From: a virus
Virus record (IMG/VR): IMGVR_UViG_3300045988_154248
DNA length: 64,000 nt
Reading direction: 5' to 3' (one strand)
Part shown: piece by piece, positions 43,151 to 51,981 of the stretch
Layout: the number at the start of each line of letters is the position of its first letter
Position numbering within the stretch: position 1 is the stretch's first letter
Notes under the pieces: model-generated
Databases searched by the model: none
Seen by the model: the letters and a program-made list of their open reading frames with translations, nothing else
What the model was told of the DNA's origin: nothing
Position numbers and translations under genes: made by a program

Positions 43151-43828
43151 ATGAAAGCACGAGGCATATTGCCAATGGAGAAAAAGGAACTCAAGCAAAA
43201 ATTAGAAACAACATATTTAGACATTGCAATTCCAAGTAATGTAGAAAATTTACAGTTGCCAGATCCTACGCTATTACAATTTTATAAAAATTACGATGAT
43301 AGAATTATTTGGATTGATGATGAAATTACAACCATGACTTTGGAATATGCAAAGATGATTATGCAGTGGAATTCAGAAGATAAGAAAAATAATATTCCAG
43401 CAGAAGAACGTAAGCCAATTAAAGTAATCTTCTTTAGTCCTGGTGGCGATTTAGAGGTAAATAACTGTTTGGTTGATACAATTCAACTAAGTCAAACAAA
43501 AGTTATTGGAATCAATGTTGGTATGGCTGCATCAAGTGGATGCTTTATTTATTTAGCATGTCATGAGCGTTTTACATTTCCAACGGCAGAATTCCTCATC
43601 CATAAGGGAGCTGGTCAATTTGCTGGGACATACAATGATGTAGTTGCAGCAATTTTAAATTATCAACGACAAATCGAAGAACTTGGTGACTTTGTTTTAT
43701 CTAGAACAAAGATTCCAGAAGATGTATTTAATGAAAACTTTGAAAATGACTGGTATTTATCTGCGAAAGAAGCTATTAAATATGGTGTTGCAGATAAAAT
43801 TATTACAAGTTTAGACGAAATCATTTAA
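43151..43828 (+). CDS. ClpP-family serine protease
   Basis: FFSPGGDL...GMAASSGCFIYLA...FLIHKGAG resembles the ClpP Ser and His motifs. An alternative ATG start lies at 43175. Confidence 0.75.
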   Translation: MKARGILPMEKKELKQKLETTYLDIAIPSNVENLQLPDPTLLQFYKNYDDRIIWIDDEITTMTLEYAKMIMQWNSEDKKNNIPAEERKPIKVIFFSPGGDLEVNNCLVDTIQLSQTKVIGINVGMAASSGCFIYLACHERFTFPTAEFLIHKGAGQFAGTYNDVVAAILNYQRQIEELGDFVLSRTKIPEDVFNENFENDWYLSAKEAIKYGVADKIITSLDEII

Positions 43829-43855
43829 GGAAGAGTTCAATACTCTTCTATTTTT
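43829..43855 (+). terminator. intrinsic terminator
   Basis: GAAGAGT-TCAAT-ACTCTTC followed by TATTTTTA. Confidence 0.6.
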
Positions 43856-43892
43856 ATACAAATTTTTAGGATTAAAAGGAGAATTATACGAT

Positions 43893-44096
43893 ATGGCAGC
43901 ATTTACTTATAAGAAAACATCGACAACTTCAATGAAAGTTACTGGTATTTTAAATCCACAAACTATGGTAATCAATGTTGACGGTGAAGATAAGCAACTT
44001 TCTACTCTTCTACGTGACTTCGCAGACCTACCAGTAGAAATTAATATTAAGGTCAAGGACGAGGAAGAACTGGATGAACCAGTTGATGTTGAGTAA
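43893..44096 (+). CDS. hypothetical acidic protein
   Basis: 67-aa ORF with AAAGGAG upstream. Confidence 0.5.
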   Translation: MAAFTYKKTSTTSMKVTGILNPQTMVINVDGEDKQLSTLLRDFADLPVEINIKVKDEEELDEPVDVE

Positions 44097-44131
44097 GAAG
44101 GGAGTGATCTACTATTACTTCCTATACAAGA

Positions 44132-45316
44132 TTGCCTGGTGAAACAGATGATCAACTTATATATAGAGTTACTAAAGATAAGGATATAATCGGTTCATGG
44201 AATGATGTAGCTGATGTACTCAATCAGTTACTTGGAACTCATTATGGAGAATCAAAATTTCGGAAGGATAAAGCGACATTTGATCGAATGCTGAATGCAA
44301 ATCGTGATATGTTTGTTGATTCTGATAAACAGTTGCAGGATATCCGGATCGCGCAAAGAGAATTAGAAAAAACTCGTAAGAAAATCCAAACAGAAAAACT
44401 AGAATATTCAAAATGGCTACGCGAAGATGCGAGAGCTGAAATGGTTACAGAAAAAATTTGCAATGCAGTTCGTGAATTAAAAACATTGGATATTCCGGAA
44501 TACATTCCACCTATACATGATCATAAATCATATCTTCTGTGTTTAGCTGATGCTCATTATGGGATTGAATTTGAGATTAAAGATTTGTTTGGAAATATTA
44601 TCAATGAATATAGTCCAGAGATCTTCGAAACACGTATGTGGGATCTTTTAAATAAAGTTGTTCAGATTGTGAATAAAGAACATATTACAGAATTAAATGT
44701 TTGGGAGTTAGGCGATGGACTGCAGGGTGTCTTGCGTTTAAATTCCCAACTTATGAAGCTTAGATATGGTATTATCGACTCTTCTATTCTGTATGCCAAT
44801 TTCCTTGCAAATTGGTTAAATGAACTTAGTAAATATGTACGAATTAAATTTCAAATGGTGATTGATTCAAATCATAATCAGCTTAGAATTTGCGGTGCGC
44901 CGAAAAATGCATTCGTAGATGAAAATATGAGTAAATCAATGCTTGTATTAATTAAAGCACGGCTTAAAGACAATAAGAATATTGTAATTCTTGAAAATCC
45001 AACTGGAATGGATTATTCCGTACTAAGCACATATGCAGTATTAGGTATTCATGGCGAAGTTCCGAACATTAAAACCGCAATTGATGAATATGCGCGAGCT
45101 TATCAAACACATTTTGATTATTTGATTGGCGCTCATTGCCATCATAAAACAAATGTGGAAGTTGGAATTGATGCAGAATGTCTTACTGTCAGATCTATTA
45201 TTGGCGTCGATCCATATGGGATGTCTCTAAGGAAAACATCTAACCCTGGCGCGAGTTTATTTGAGTTCGAGCTTGGACAAGGGCTTACAACACAACATTC
45301 AATTAAGCTTAATTAA
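44132..45316 (+). CDS. calcineurin-like metallophosphoesterase (Mre11/SbcD-like)
   Basis: ADAHYG, GDGLQG, DSNHNQ, GIHGE and GAHCHH motif series. The TTG at 44132 lacks an SD. In-frame ATT at 44114 sits 9 nt after GGAG. Confidence 0.7.
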   Translation: MPGETDDQLIYRVTKDKDIIGSWNDVADVLNQLLGTHYGESKFRKDKATFDRMLNANRDMFVDSDKQLQDIRIAQRELEKTRKKIQTEKLEYSKWLREDARAEMVTEKICNAVRELKTLDIPEYIPPIHDHKSYLLCLADAHYGIEFEIKDLFGNIINEYSPEIFETRMWDLLNKVVQIVNKEHITELNVWELGDGLQGVLRLNSQLMKLRYGIIDSSILYANFLANWLNELSKYVRIKFQMVIDSNHNQLRICGAPKNAFVDENMSKSMLVLIKARLKDNKNIVILENPTGMDYSVLSTYAVLGIHGEVPNIKTAIDEYARAYQTHFDYLIGAHCHHKTNVEVGIDAECLTVRSIIGVDPYGMSLRKTSNPGASLFEFELGQGLTTQHSIKLN

Positions 45317-45504
45317 TGGAGAATACAATTATGGGAGAAATTGACGAAAATCCAGTGTTGGATTATGACGAACTTAATTCATACATTCAAGGTCGAACTG
45401 GTTTAGATTATGACACGGTAGCTAATGTACTGGATCTTGAAACAGAATACATGATCAAAGTAGGAATTATTGAATCACAAAATCCTGCTGAAGTAGAAAA
45501 ATAA
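45316..45504 (+). CDS. hypothetical acidic protein
   Basis: 62-aa ORF with a TAATG overlap with the upstream gene. Confidence 0.5.
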   Translation: MENTIMGEIDENPVLDYDELNSYIQGRTGLDYDTVANVLDLETEYMIKVGIIESQNPAEVEK

Positions 45505-45984
45505 GTACAGATACATCTGTACTTACATATAAAGAAGGCCATCGGCTACCTAAAATTTCTTTCTTTATGTTGCTATACAACAAATGTACAAACTCGTGGA
45601 AGCCGATGATCAAAAATACAGAAGAAGGACTGACGGCTATCTCGATTTCTAGAAGTGAACTTTATCAGAGAATTCAATCCTGTCATCAGGATGCAGGTAT
45701 CATAACCTAACGGTTACGTTCGTGCCGCCAATACTGTCTCACTCGTTCCCATTTATTATAACGGAAACGTGAGTAGCTATTGACATACACTGGTGTTTCT
45801 GGTGAATAAAACATCGCCATACTAAATCACCTGCCTTCCGTTGATAAACTTTCTATCATTGGAAAAACCGGCAGTCCAAGAATACGGAAGATGCTCCGTA
45901 CTTATAAAGAATAACATATTATAAAAAATTAGACAAGCACTTCATAAGTGCAAAATTTATTTGAACAAAAAGGAGAATATTAAA

Positions 45985-46260
45985 ATGATGAACAAACAAG
46001 ATATTTTTAAAACCGTAGCAGCAAACCTAGAAGTAACCCAGAAAGATGCAGCAAAATATGTAGATGCTGTTTTCGTTACCATCAAAGATGCAATGGCTGA
46101 TGGAGAATCTGTAAATATCGCAGGATTTGGAAAATTCGAGGTTGTAGAAAAGGCAGAATCTAAGAGACGTAATCCTCAGACTGGTGAAACAATTATGGTT
46201 GCTGCTCATAAAGCACCGAAATTCAAGGCAGCTACTGCTCTTAAAGAGGCTGTTCTCTAA
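45985..46260 (+). CDS. HU/IHF-family DNA-binding protein
   Basis: MNKQDI...GFGKFEVVEKAESKRRNPQTGETIMVAAHKAPKFKA is classic HU. AGGAG lies upstream of the ATG at 45985. Confidence 0.85.
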   Translation: MMNKQDIFKTVAANLEVTQKDAAKYVDAVFVTIKDAMADGESVNIAGFGKFEVVEKAESKRRNPQTGETIMVAAHKAPKFKAATALKEAVL

Positions 46261-46278
46261 TAGATCGGTGGTGATTAT

Positions 46279-46845
46279 ATGCATACACTGAAATGCAAAA
46301 GTATTGAAGAATTAGTCGAAGTAGTTGTCGAGACTTATGAGCTACTACATGATTGTGATCGAAACGTAAGTTTTGTTGCTAAGTATGATCATGCAAAAGA
46401 AATTTTGAGAGAATTGGTATTTTACGATTATGATCTAAAATTTGTTGAGTTAGCAGATCCTGAGTGGGATAACTATGAAGACGAATATGTTATCAGTATT
46501 GTGTGTGATGAAATATTTTGCGAGAAGCTAAAATTGGACGGAAGATATTGTATACTATCTCCAAAATTTGTATTTTTTGATGAAAATGCAAATTCTAAAT
46601 GCGTTAAATATTTTGAGTCGGATATGAAATATGAATTTGAAATCACGGAAGAAGAATCTAGTGGTGACTCTGATCAGGAGTTGAATTGTCATGACGATTC
46701 TATGGATGTAGATTTCTCTGATGATGGACATGGATTTACATGTAGCAAGCATGATAAGAATGGATATAGTTCTATTTCATATTGGTCATCTGAACAGGTT
46801 GATAAGGATCGTTTATCTGAGATTTTGAAAAGTTTTTATTTATAA
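46279..46845 (+). CDS. hypothetical acidic protein
   Basis: 188-aa ORF. Confidence 0.6.
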   Translation: MHTLKCKSIEELVEVVVETYELLHDCDRNVSFVAKYDHAKEILRELVFYDYDLKFVELADPEWDNYEDEYVISIVCDEIFCEKLKLDGRYCILSPKFVFFDENANSKCVKYFESDMKYEFEITEEESSGDSDQELNCHDDSMDVDFSDDGHGFTCSKHDKNGYSSISYWSSEQVDKDRLSEILKSFYL

Positions 46846-46887
46846 TTTTGTTGAGTGTGTAAGACTGCAGCTTACGCACTCAACTAC

Positions 46888-46959
46888 AGGTCGTTAGTGT
46901 AATTGGCAACACGGCAGTCTCCAAAACTGTTAATCAGGGTTCGAATCCCTGGCTTCCTG
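46888..46959 (+). tRNA. tRNA-Trp-like (anticodon CCA), weak acceptor stem
   Basis: D arm GTGT/ACAC, anticodon arm GCAGT-CTCCAAA-ACTGT, T arm CAGGG-TTCGAAT-CCCTG. The acceptor stem pairs at only 5 of 7 positions. Confidence 0.5.
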
Positions 46960-47222
46960 TTTGCAATTTTCTGCAAACGAGCGCAGAGAATAAATGATTA
47001 GAGACGGGTGGATAACCTGGTTTCTATCTTTCATACCAATATTTATGATTCGTTATTTTATGTGAGGTGATTACACCTCTCATTCATGAGATCTTTCTCG
47101 CTTTACGAGATGATTGTTGCCGCAGTCATCTCACATAAGATAACGACGGAAGTTATCGGCAAATAACTATAAATATTAAAAATGGCGAACGCTGCCATAG
47201 TGCGAGAAAGTGGAAAAAGTAT

Positions 47223-47939
47223 ATGAGTGATATTATTAAATTTGACTATGATAAACAAACAGTATCTGCAAGAGATTTGTTCGATGCAGTAAACGAAGGA
47301 AAAGAAAGATTTAGTAAGTGGTTTGCGAGGCAGTTACAATTTGGGTTTGAAATTGGAATTGATTATTCCAACCCGTACCAAAAAGTACGGGTTCAAAAAG
47401 AAGGCAAACGTACTGTTGAACGTGAAGTTGAAGATTATGACCTTTCTATAGATATGGCAAAACATATCTGTATGGTTCAGAAGACGGAAAAAGCAAAACA
47501 AGTTCGTCAGCGTTTAATTGAATTAGAAAATGCATGGAACACACCAGAGCAGGTAATGGCTCGTGCTTTAAAGTTTGCTGATAAAACCATTTCTGACTTA
47601 AAGCATCAAATCGAGGAACAACAGCCAAAAGTAGAATATCATGATGCGGTCCTTAATAAGAAAGGATTGATTACTACTACAGTTGTAGCAAAGGATCTTG
47701 GTTATAGAAGTGCTCAAAAACTTAATGAGATTATGAATCTTAATCATATTATTTTTAAGAATCAATCTGGAACATGGTGTCCATATGCTGAATATGAATG
47801 GCTAATTATAGAAGGATATGCAGATTATCAGAGTTATACTGCAAAGAATGCTGCTCCATGTCTGAAATGGACTGAAAAAGGTAGAAAATGGATCATCGAA
47901 AATTATGATCAGTGGGTAAAGAATATTACTGCAGCATAA
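47223..47939 (+). CDS. phage antirepressor (KilAC-domain type)
   Basis: N-terminal SARDLFDAV...ERFSKWFARQLQFGF. C-terminal YHDAVLNKKGLITTTVVAKDLGYRSAQKLN. Confidence 0.7.
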   Translation: MSDIIKFDYDKQTVSARDLFDAVNEGKERFSKWFARQLQFGFEIGIDYSNPYQKVRVQKEGKRTVEREVEDYDLSIDMAKHICMVQKTEKAKQVRQRLIELENAWNTPEQVMARALKFADKTISDLKHQIEEQQPKVEYHDAVLNKKGLITTTVVAKDLGYRSAQKLNEIMNLNHIIFKNQSGTWCPYAEYEWLIIEGYADYQSYTAKNAAPCLKWTEKGRKWIIENYDQWVKNITAA

Positions 47940-47957
47940 TAATGTGCTATTTGTAAC

Positions 47958-48081
47958 GGAGAATAAAATATAGAGATCTCTCGATCTGTGTCATAGCTGG
48001 TCGAGAGAATTAATGGAATGGGACTATTGGAAGTCATGAGCCAATAGAGTAGAGTCACCTACCTCTCTCCCATTCTATTTT
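47958..48081 (+). promoter_or_regulatory. three-way-junction RNA motif, copy A
   Basis: GGAGAATAA, hairpin 47977-48008, ATTAAT. P1 is GAATGGGA/TCCCATTC, P2 is CTATTGG-AAGTCATGAG-CCAATAG, P3 is GTAG/CTAC, then a U-run. Lies upstream of the integrase. Confidence 0.55.
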
Positions 48082-48106
48082 ACGCAGACAAGAAAGGAGA
48101 GAAATA

Positions 48107-49159
48107 TTGTCAAAAGAAAAAATTACAAGAGTGAAATATTTCACTCCTGACAAAGAGAAATATATTTATGAAGAAAATTGGAAGAAATATAAAAAATATT
48201 TACAGTCCAATATTATTAAAAATAAAGATGTAAAAGATACGACATACAAGAGATATGAAGCCTTATTCCGACATTTTCTTATATGGCTTGGTGAAAGTTA
48301 TGGTGAACTTGATTTATATTCTGATGAATTTATGGAAAATGCCGTAGATATAATGGAAGGATACATGCTATTTTGTCAAGAAGTATTACAAAACCATAAA
48401 AAAATTATTAATATGAAAGTATCTGCAGTAAGTTCTTTTTATATTTGGTCAATGAAACGTGGTTTTGTTAAATATCACCCATTTGATGGAAAACTTGATC
48501 GCATGAAAAAGGCAAACGAGGAACAGATTTTAAATCATTATTTTCTTTCTGATGAGCAAATCAATCAGATCAGAAATGATTTATACCAAACGGAGAATAA
48601 TAAATGGAGCATACAAGATCAATTATTATTTGAAGTTTCTTTATTTTCCGCTAACCGGTTAGGAGCATTGGAGAGATTAACAATTTCTTCTCTTGATCTT
48701 GACAATATGGTATTTGAAGGAATTAGAGAAAAGGAAGGTTATAGAGTCGAAGTGTCATTTGATGATACATGTCGAGATATGATCGAAACATGGTTGTCTA
48801 TGCGAAAGGACGATTATGATCATCTTGAATGTGATGCCTTATTTATACATAAATATAAGGATGAATGGAAGCCATGGACAAGAAGTATGATTACTGATCG
48901 AATGCATAAATTCGGAGAAATTATTGGAATAGAAGATTTTCATCCTCACTGCATGAGAAAAACAGCGATTAATAAAATATATGAAGATACTGGCGATCTT
49001 AATCTTGCATCACAATGGGCTAATCACAAGTCAAGCGCAACCACTCAAGCTGCATATCTGAAACCAGTTTCTAAATCAGAACTTAGAGACAAACTAAAAT
49101 TATTAAAATTCAAGCAGCAGGAAATCGAAAAAGAAGTAAAAATGCAAGAAAATAATTAG
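48107..49159 (+). CDS. tyrosine recombinase / phage integrase
   Basis: ...SANRLGAL..., HPHCMRKTAIN, WANHKSSATTQAAYL form the R...HxxR...H...Y pattern. TTG start lies 7 nt after AAAGGAG. Confidence 0.85.
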   Translation: MSKEKITRVKYFTPDKEKYIYEENWKKYKKYLQSNIIKNKDVKDTTYKRYEALFRHFLIWLGESYGELDLYSDEFMENAVDIMEGYMLFCQEVLQNHKKIINMKVSAVSSFYIWSMKRGFVKYHPFDGKLDRMKKANEEQILNHYFLSDEQINQIRNDLYQTENNKWSIQDQLLFEVSLFSANRLGALERLTISSLDLDNMVFEGIREKEGYRVEVSFDDTCRDMIETWLSMRKDDYDHLECDALFIHKYKDEWKPWTRSMITDRMHKFGEIIGIEDFHPHCMRKTAINKIYEDTGDLNLASQWANHKSSATTQAAYLKPVSKSELRDKLKLLKFKQQEIEKEVKMQENN

Positions 49160-49221
49160 ATGTTGCTTGTATTAGCAACTGTGTTATTTTACTACAAATT
49201 TGTCATTTGTCAAGACTTAAC

Positions 49222-49250
49222 TTGACATTCCTCAAAAATTAAGGTATATT
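49222..49250 (+). promoter_or_regulatory. near-consensus sigma-70/sigA-type promoter
   Basis: TTGACA, 17 nt, then TATATT. The -35 lies inside the TTGTCAAG...CTTGACA dyad. Confidence 0.6.
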
Positions 49251-49270
49251 ACATTTGTAAGTAAGACAAA

Positions 49271-49308
49271 GTAGACCTGAGTAGAACGATGTAGAGTGAT
49301 ATAGTAGT
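49271..49308. repeat. helically phased GTAGA repeats
   Basis: GTAGA at 49271, 49281 and 49291 with an exact 10-bp period, plus GTAGT at 49304. Lies just downstream of the integrase. Confidence 0.6.
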
Positions 49309-49333
49309 CTATATAATTATTTAAATAAAATAA

Positions 49334-49352
49334 CCACTTGCTAATCAAGTGG
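49334..49352 (+). terminator. hairpin CCACTTG-CTAAT-CAAGTGG (weak U tract)
   Basis: A second CAAGTGG copy at 49394-49400 could pair alternatively with the 5' arm. Confidence 0.4.
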
Positions 49353-49444
49353 CTTTCAATAAATCGAATATATAGAATTGGGATATTCACCCAAGTGGAT
49401 TTCTCAGAGCCGAAGGGGTATCGGCTGATTTCAACTTACGAAAA

Positions 49445-49471
49445 GGATCGCTTATTTAGCGGTCTTTTTTC
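49445..49471 (+). terminator. intrinsic terminator
   Basis: GGATCGC...GCGGTC stem followed by TTTTTT. The same stem sequence occurs in the terminator at 60097. Confidence 0.55.
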
Positions 49472-49907
49472 GTTGGGACAATATTCTGTAAAAACATTAG
49501 AATTGTCCCGGCAACAATAGTAGATAGTAAATTACTATCATTCACAATTGTGTATGTATCTTTAAAAAATCTTAGAAACGTATCTATGTCGCATCACCCT
49601 CCTTTCTTAGCAAGGGTATCTATATAACGAAGCATCGCTGCTTCGATGCGACTCTGAAAAATCCTTGACATTGCATCCAGCCGTAAATGAACGCCTGGGT
49701 GAATTCCTACATATAGATTATATGTCAACAGGAAAAATCTGTCAACCATAACATATGGACAATCTATAGATAGATCGTGTAGCAACACGTAAACTGCAAT
49801 CTCCGACCGACGTCTAGGAATCGGTATTGGCACAAACCTGAGAAAATGTGCGACGTCAAAAAATACAAAAAATCGCAAAAATATTTATAAAAAGGACGTG
49901 CTGTACC

Positions 49908-49936
49908 TTTACAAAATTTTCCTATTGTGATAATGT
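49908..49936 (+). promoter_or_regulatory. promoter-like element upstream of the DUF262 gene
   Basis: TTTACA, 17 nt, then TAATGT, with TG two bases upstream of the -10. Confidence 0.45.
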
Positions 49937-49966
49937 GAAATTATCAAATACAGGAGGTAATTTTGT

Positions 49967-50944
49967 ATGGACTATGTAGTAAAAAGCCAGAGTGCAAAGA
50001 ACTTTACTAAAGATATCGTAAAAGGAAAATACAGTATGAAACACAAGTTTCAACGCCAGGAAAATCAGTGGGGCAATCGTCAGAAAAGTTTACTGATTGA
50101 CTCTATGCTTCGTCCGTATCCAATCGATCCAATTAGATGCGAAGTCGGATCTGACGATGTAAGAAGAATTTTTGATGGCGTTCAGCGCGCTACCACAGTA
50201 AGAGACTTTTTTAAGAAAGATGGTTTTAGATTGGCTAAAAATTTAAAACCAGTTACAGTTGATGGCGAGGTATATGAAATTGCTGGTAAAAAATATGCAC
50301 AGCTCGATGAAGCCGTACAAGATAAGCTGAATGATTATGAGATGACAATCTATGTGTTTACTGATTGTACTGGAGAAGATATTCGAGAAATGTTTACTCG
50401 TCAGAACAATGGTAAACCATTGAACAATACTCAAAAACGTACAGCAATCGAGAGTGAAAAAGTAAGTGATGTTATCTTTAATTTTGCAGATCATGAGTTC
50501 TTTGAGAAAGTCCTTACTGATGCACAATATAAGAAAGATGTTCAGCGTGATCTGATCCGCGAAACCCTTATGCTGATTAATACAAATGAAGAAAATGATT
50601 TTACATCATTTAGAGCGAAAGATATCGACAGTTTTGTTGTTTGGTATGATGAAAATATCAATGCTACTGATATCAGTATATTAACAGATGTATTAGATAC
50701 TTTCAATACAGGAGATGAAGTAATCAAGGTAAAATCTACTTCTATTCCAATGATCCTGTATGGCGGTTATAAATGTATTAAAGACGGAAAAGATTTTAGA
50801 AAATTCGAAGCTGCAGTAAATGAGTTTGTTGAGAATTATGATTCTAACGAAGCATATAAACAACTTGTACAATCTGGTACTACTGCTTCTGCTGGTGTTA
50901 AAGCTCGTCTACAGTATTGGAATAACGTCGTAGATAATTTATAA
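49967..50944 (+). CDS. DUF262 (ParB-like/GmrSD N-terminal type) domain protein
   Basis: FQRQENQW...QKSLLIDSMLRPYPIDPI...FDGVQRATT fits the DUF262 motif order. No DUF1524/HNH half is present. Confidence 0.7.
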   Translation: MDYVVKSQSAKNFTKDIVKGKYSMKHKFQRQENQWGNRQKSLLIDSMLRPYPIDPIRCEVGSDDVRRIFDGVQRATTVRDFFKKDGFRLAKNLKPVTVDGEVYEIAGKKYAQLDEAVQDKLNDYEMTIYVFTDCTGEDIREMFTRQNNGKPLNNTQKRTAIESEKVSDVIFNFADHEFFEKVLTDAQYKKDVQRDLIRETLMLINTNEENDFTSFRAKDIDSFVVWYDENINATDISILTDVLDTFNTGDEVIKVKSTSIPMILYGGYKCIKDGKDFRKFEAAVNEFVENYDSNEAYKQLVQSGTTASAGVKARLQYWNNVVDNL

Positions 50945-51013
50945 TTTTTTGTGAAATAATTTGATATGATTTTTATTATGGAGAGTGGAGCAATCTACTC
51001 TCCATTTTTGTAT

Positions 51014-51097
51014 GGGCAGATGTGCTTAGTGGCGATAGCAGTGGGCCGTAACCCCACCACATTAGAAACACCGTAGGTTCGACTCCTACTCTGCTCA
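51014..51097 (+). tRNA. tRNA, long-variable-region type, anticodon GTA (Tyr)
   Basis: Acceptor GGGCAGA/TCTGCTC, anticodon arm GTGGG-CCGTAAC-CCCAC, T arm GTAGG-TTCGACT-CCTAC. C at position 33. The variable region shows no obvious stem. Confidence 0.55.
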
Positions 51098-51107
51098 TTT
51101 TTGTTTT

Positions 51108-51197
51108 GGAGCTTTACTCAAGTTGGATGAAGAGATCAGTCCTGAAAACTGACAGGCCGTTAACAACGGCGCGTGGGTTCGAATCCTACAGGCTCCG
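51108..51197 (+). tRNA. tRNA-Ser (anticodon TGA)
   Basis: Acceptor GGAGCTT/AGGCTCC, anticodon arm TCAGT-CCTGAAA-ACTGA, long variable arm GGCCGTTAACAACGGC, T arm GTGGG-TTCGAAT-CCTAC. C at position 33. Confidence 0.7.
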
Positions 51198-51232
51198 TAT
51201 ATAATTAGTGAATGGAGGCAGTGCCTCCGTAT

Positions 51233-51315
51233 GCCGGTATGGTGGAATTGGTAGACACATCTGGTTTAAGCCCAGATTGCTATGAGCAGTGCGAGTTCGA
51301 GTCTCGCTGCCGGTA
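51233..51315 (+). tRNA. tRNA-Leu (anticodon TAA)
   Basis: Acceptor GCCGGTA/TGCCGGT with two G-U pairs, anticodon arm TCTGG-TTTAAGC-CCAGA, long variable arm, T arm GCGAG-TTCGAGT-CTCGC. Confidence 0.7.
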
Positions 51316-51343
51316 TTATTTTTTGTAAAAAGGAGACATACAT

Positions 51344-51442
51344 ATGAAAGGTATGACCGGAATTTACAGGATCAATCCTGCATTGTTTGGTGGAATTCTT
51401 GGTGGATGCACTGGTATTCTACTTCGGATTCTATTGTTTTAA
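51344..51442 (+). CDS. small hydrophobic peptide (32 aa)
   Basis: MKGMTGIYRINPALFGGILGGCTGILLRILLF. AGGAG lies 9 nt upstream. The 3' end overlaps the convergent gene by 4 nt. Confidence 0.4.
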   Translation: MKGMTGIYRINPALFGGILGGCTGILLRILLF

Positions 51443-51921
51443 GGCGTTATGAATCCTAATAAATAAAATATTAAAGCAACTACAAATGAAACAATTGCGG
51501 TATTTCTCCAATAGTGTCTATTACTATTTTCAAGGTTTTTATTCACCGCTTTTAATTCTGCATTTACATTTCTTAAAGTATTCAATTCTTCTAAATTTGA
51601 ATCAATCGTTTTGTTTTGTATTTCAATTTGTGCATTCAATTTCATGTTTTCGTACTGAATTTTTCTCATAGCTTCTGTCTGACTTTCAAGCTCAGATTGC
51701 ATAGAATCCATTTTGTCAGTAAGGAATTTTAAACGTTCTTCTGGAGATTGGAATTTTGGCATGTAATCAAATATATTCATGCTGGCATTATTGTTCAGCA
51801 TTTGCTGATAGCTTGCATCTGATATTAGTTTTTCAGAAAATTCCTGTAGTTTTTGGAGATTTTTAGATAGAGCTACTGGTTCCAATATTTTTCCATCTGG
51901 TGTGGTTATAGTTTTACACAT
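51439..51921 (-). CDS. tail-anchored coiled-coil membrane protein
   Basis: 160-aa ORF and the only minus-strand gene in the right arm. Heptad-like Q/E/N/L-rich centre with a C-terminal TM segment AIVSFVVALIFYLLGFI. Confidence 0.6.
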   Translation of the reverse strand: MCKTITTPDGKILEPVALSKNLQKLQEFSEKLISDASYQQMLNNNASMNIFDYMPKFQSPEERLKFLTDKMDSMQSELESQTEAMRKIQYENMKLNAQIEIQNKTIDSNLEELNTLRNVNAELKAVNKNLENSNRHYWRNTAIVSFVVALIFYLLGFITP

Positions 51922-51981
51922 TTAAATCACCTTTCTTTATTTTGTTTCATGTTTTATATTTTTATTCTCTTTAAATTCATT

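Noticed and set aside
46888-46959. tRNA-Trp-like gene as a tmRNA or other tRNA-like regulator
   Set aside because: There is no downstream tag-peptide reading frame and no pseudoknot-rich body. It keeps a normal anticodon arm. It is retained as a low-confidence tRNA.
38591-51315. Stop-codon reassignment or suppressor tRNAs, as seen in some large gut phages
   Set aside because: All long genes, including RNAP, terminase, portal and capsid, are intact under the standard code. The anticodons read by hand are TAT (Ile), CCA (Trp), GTA (Tyr), TGA (Ser, reads UCA) and TAA (Leu, reads UUA). None pairs with a stop codon.
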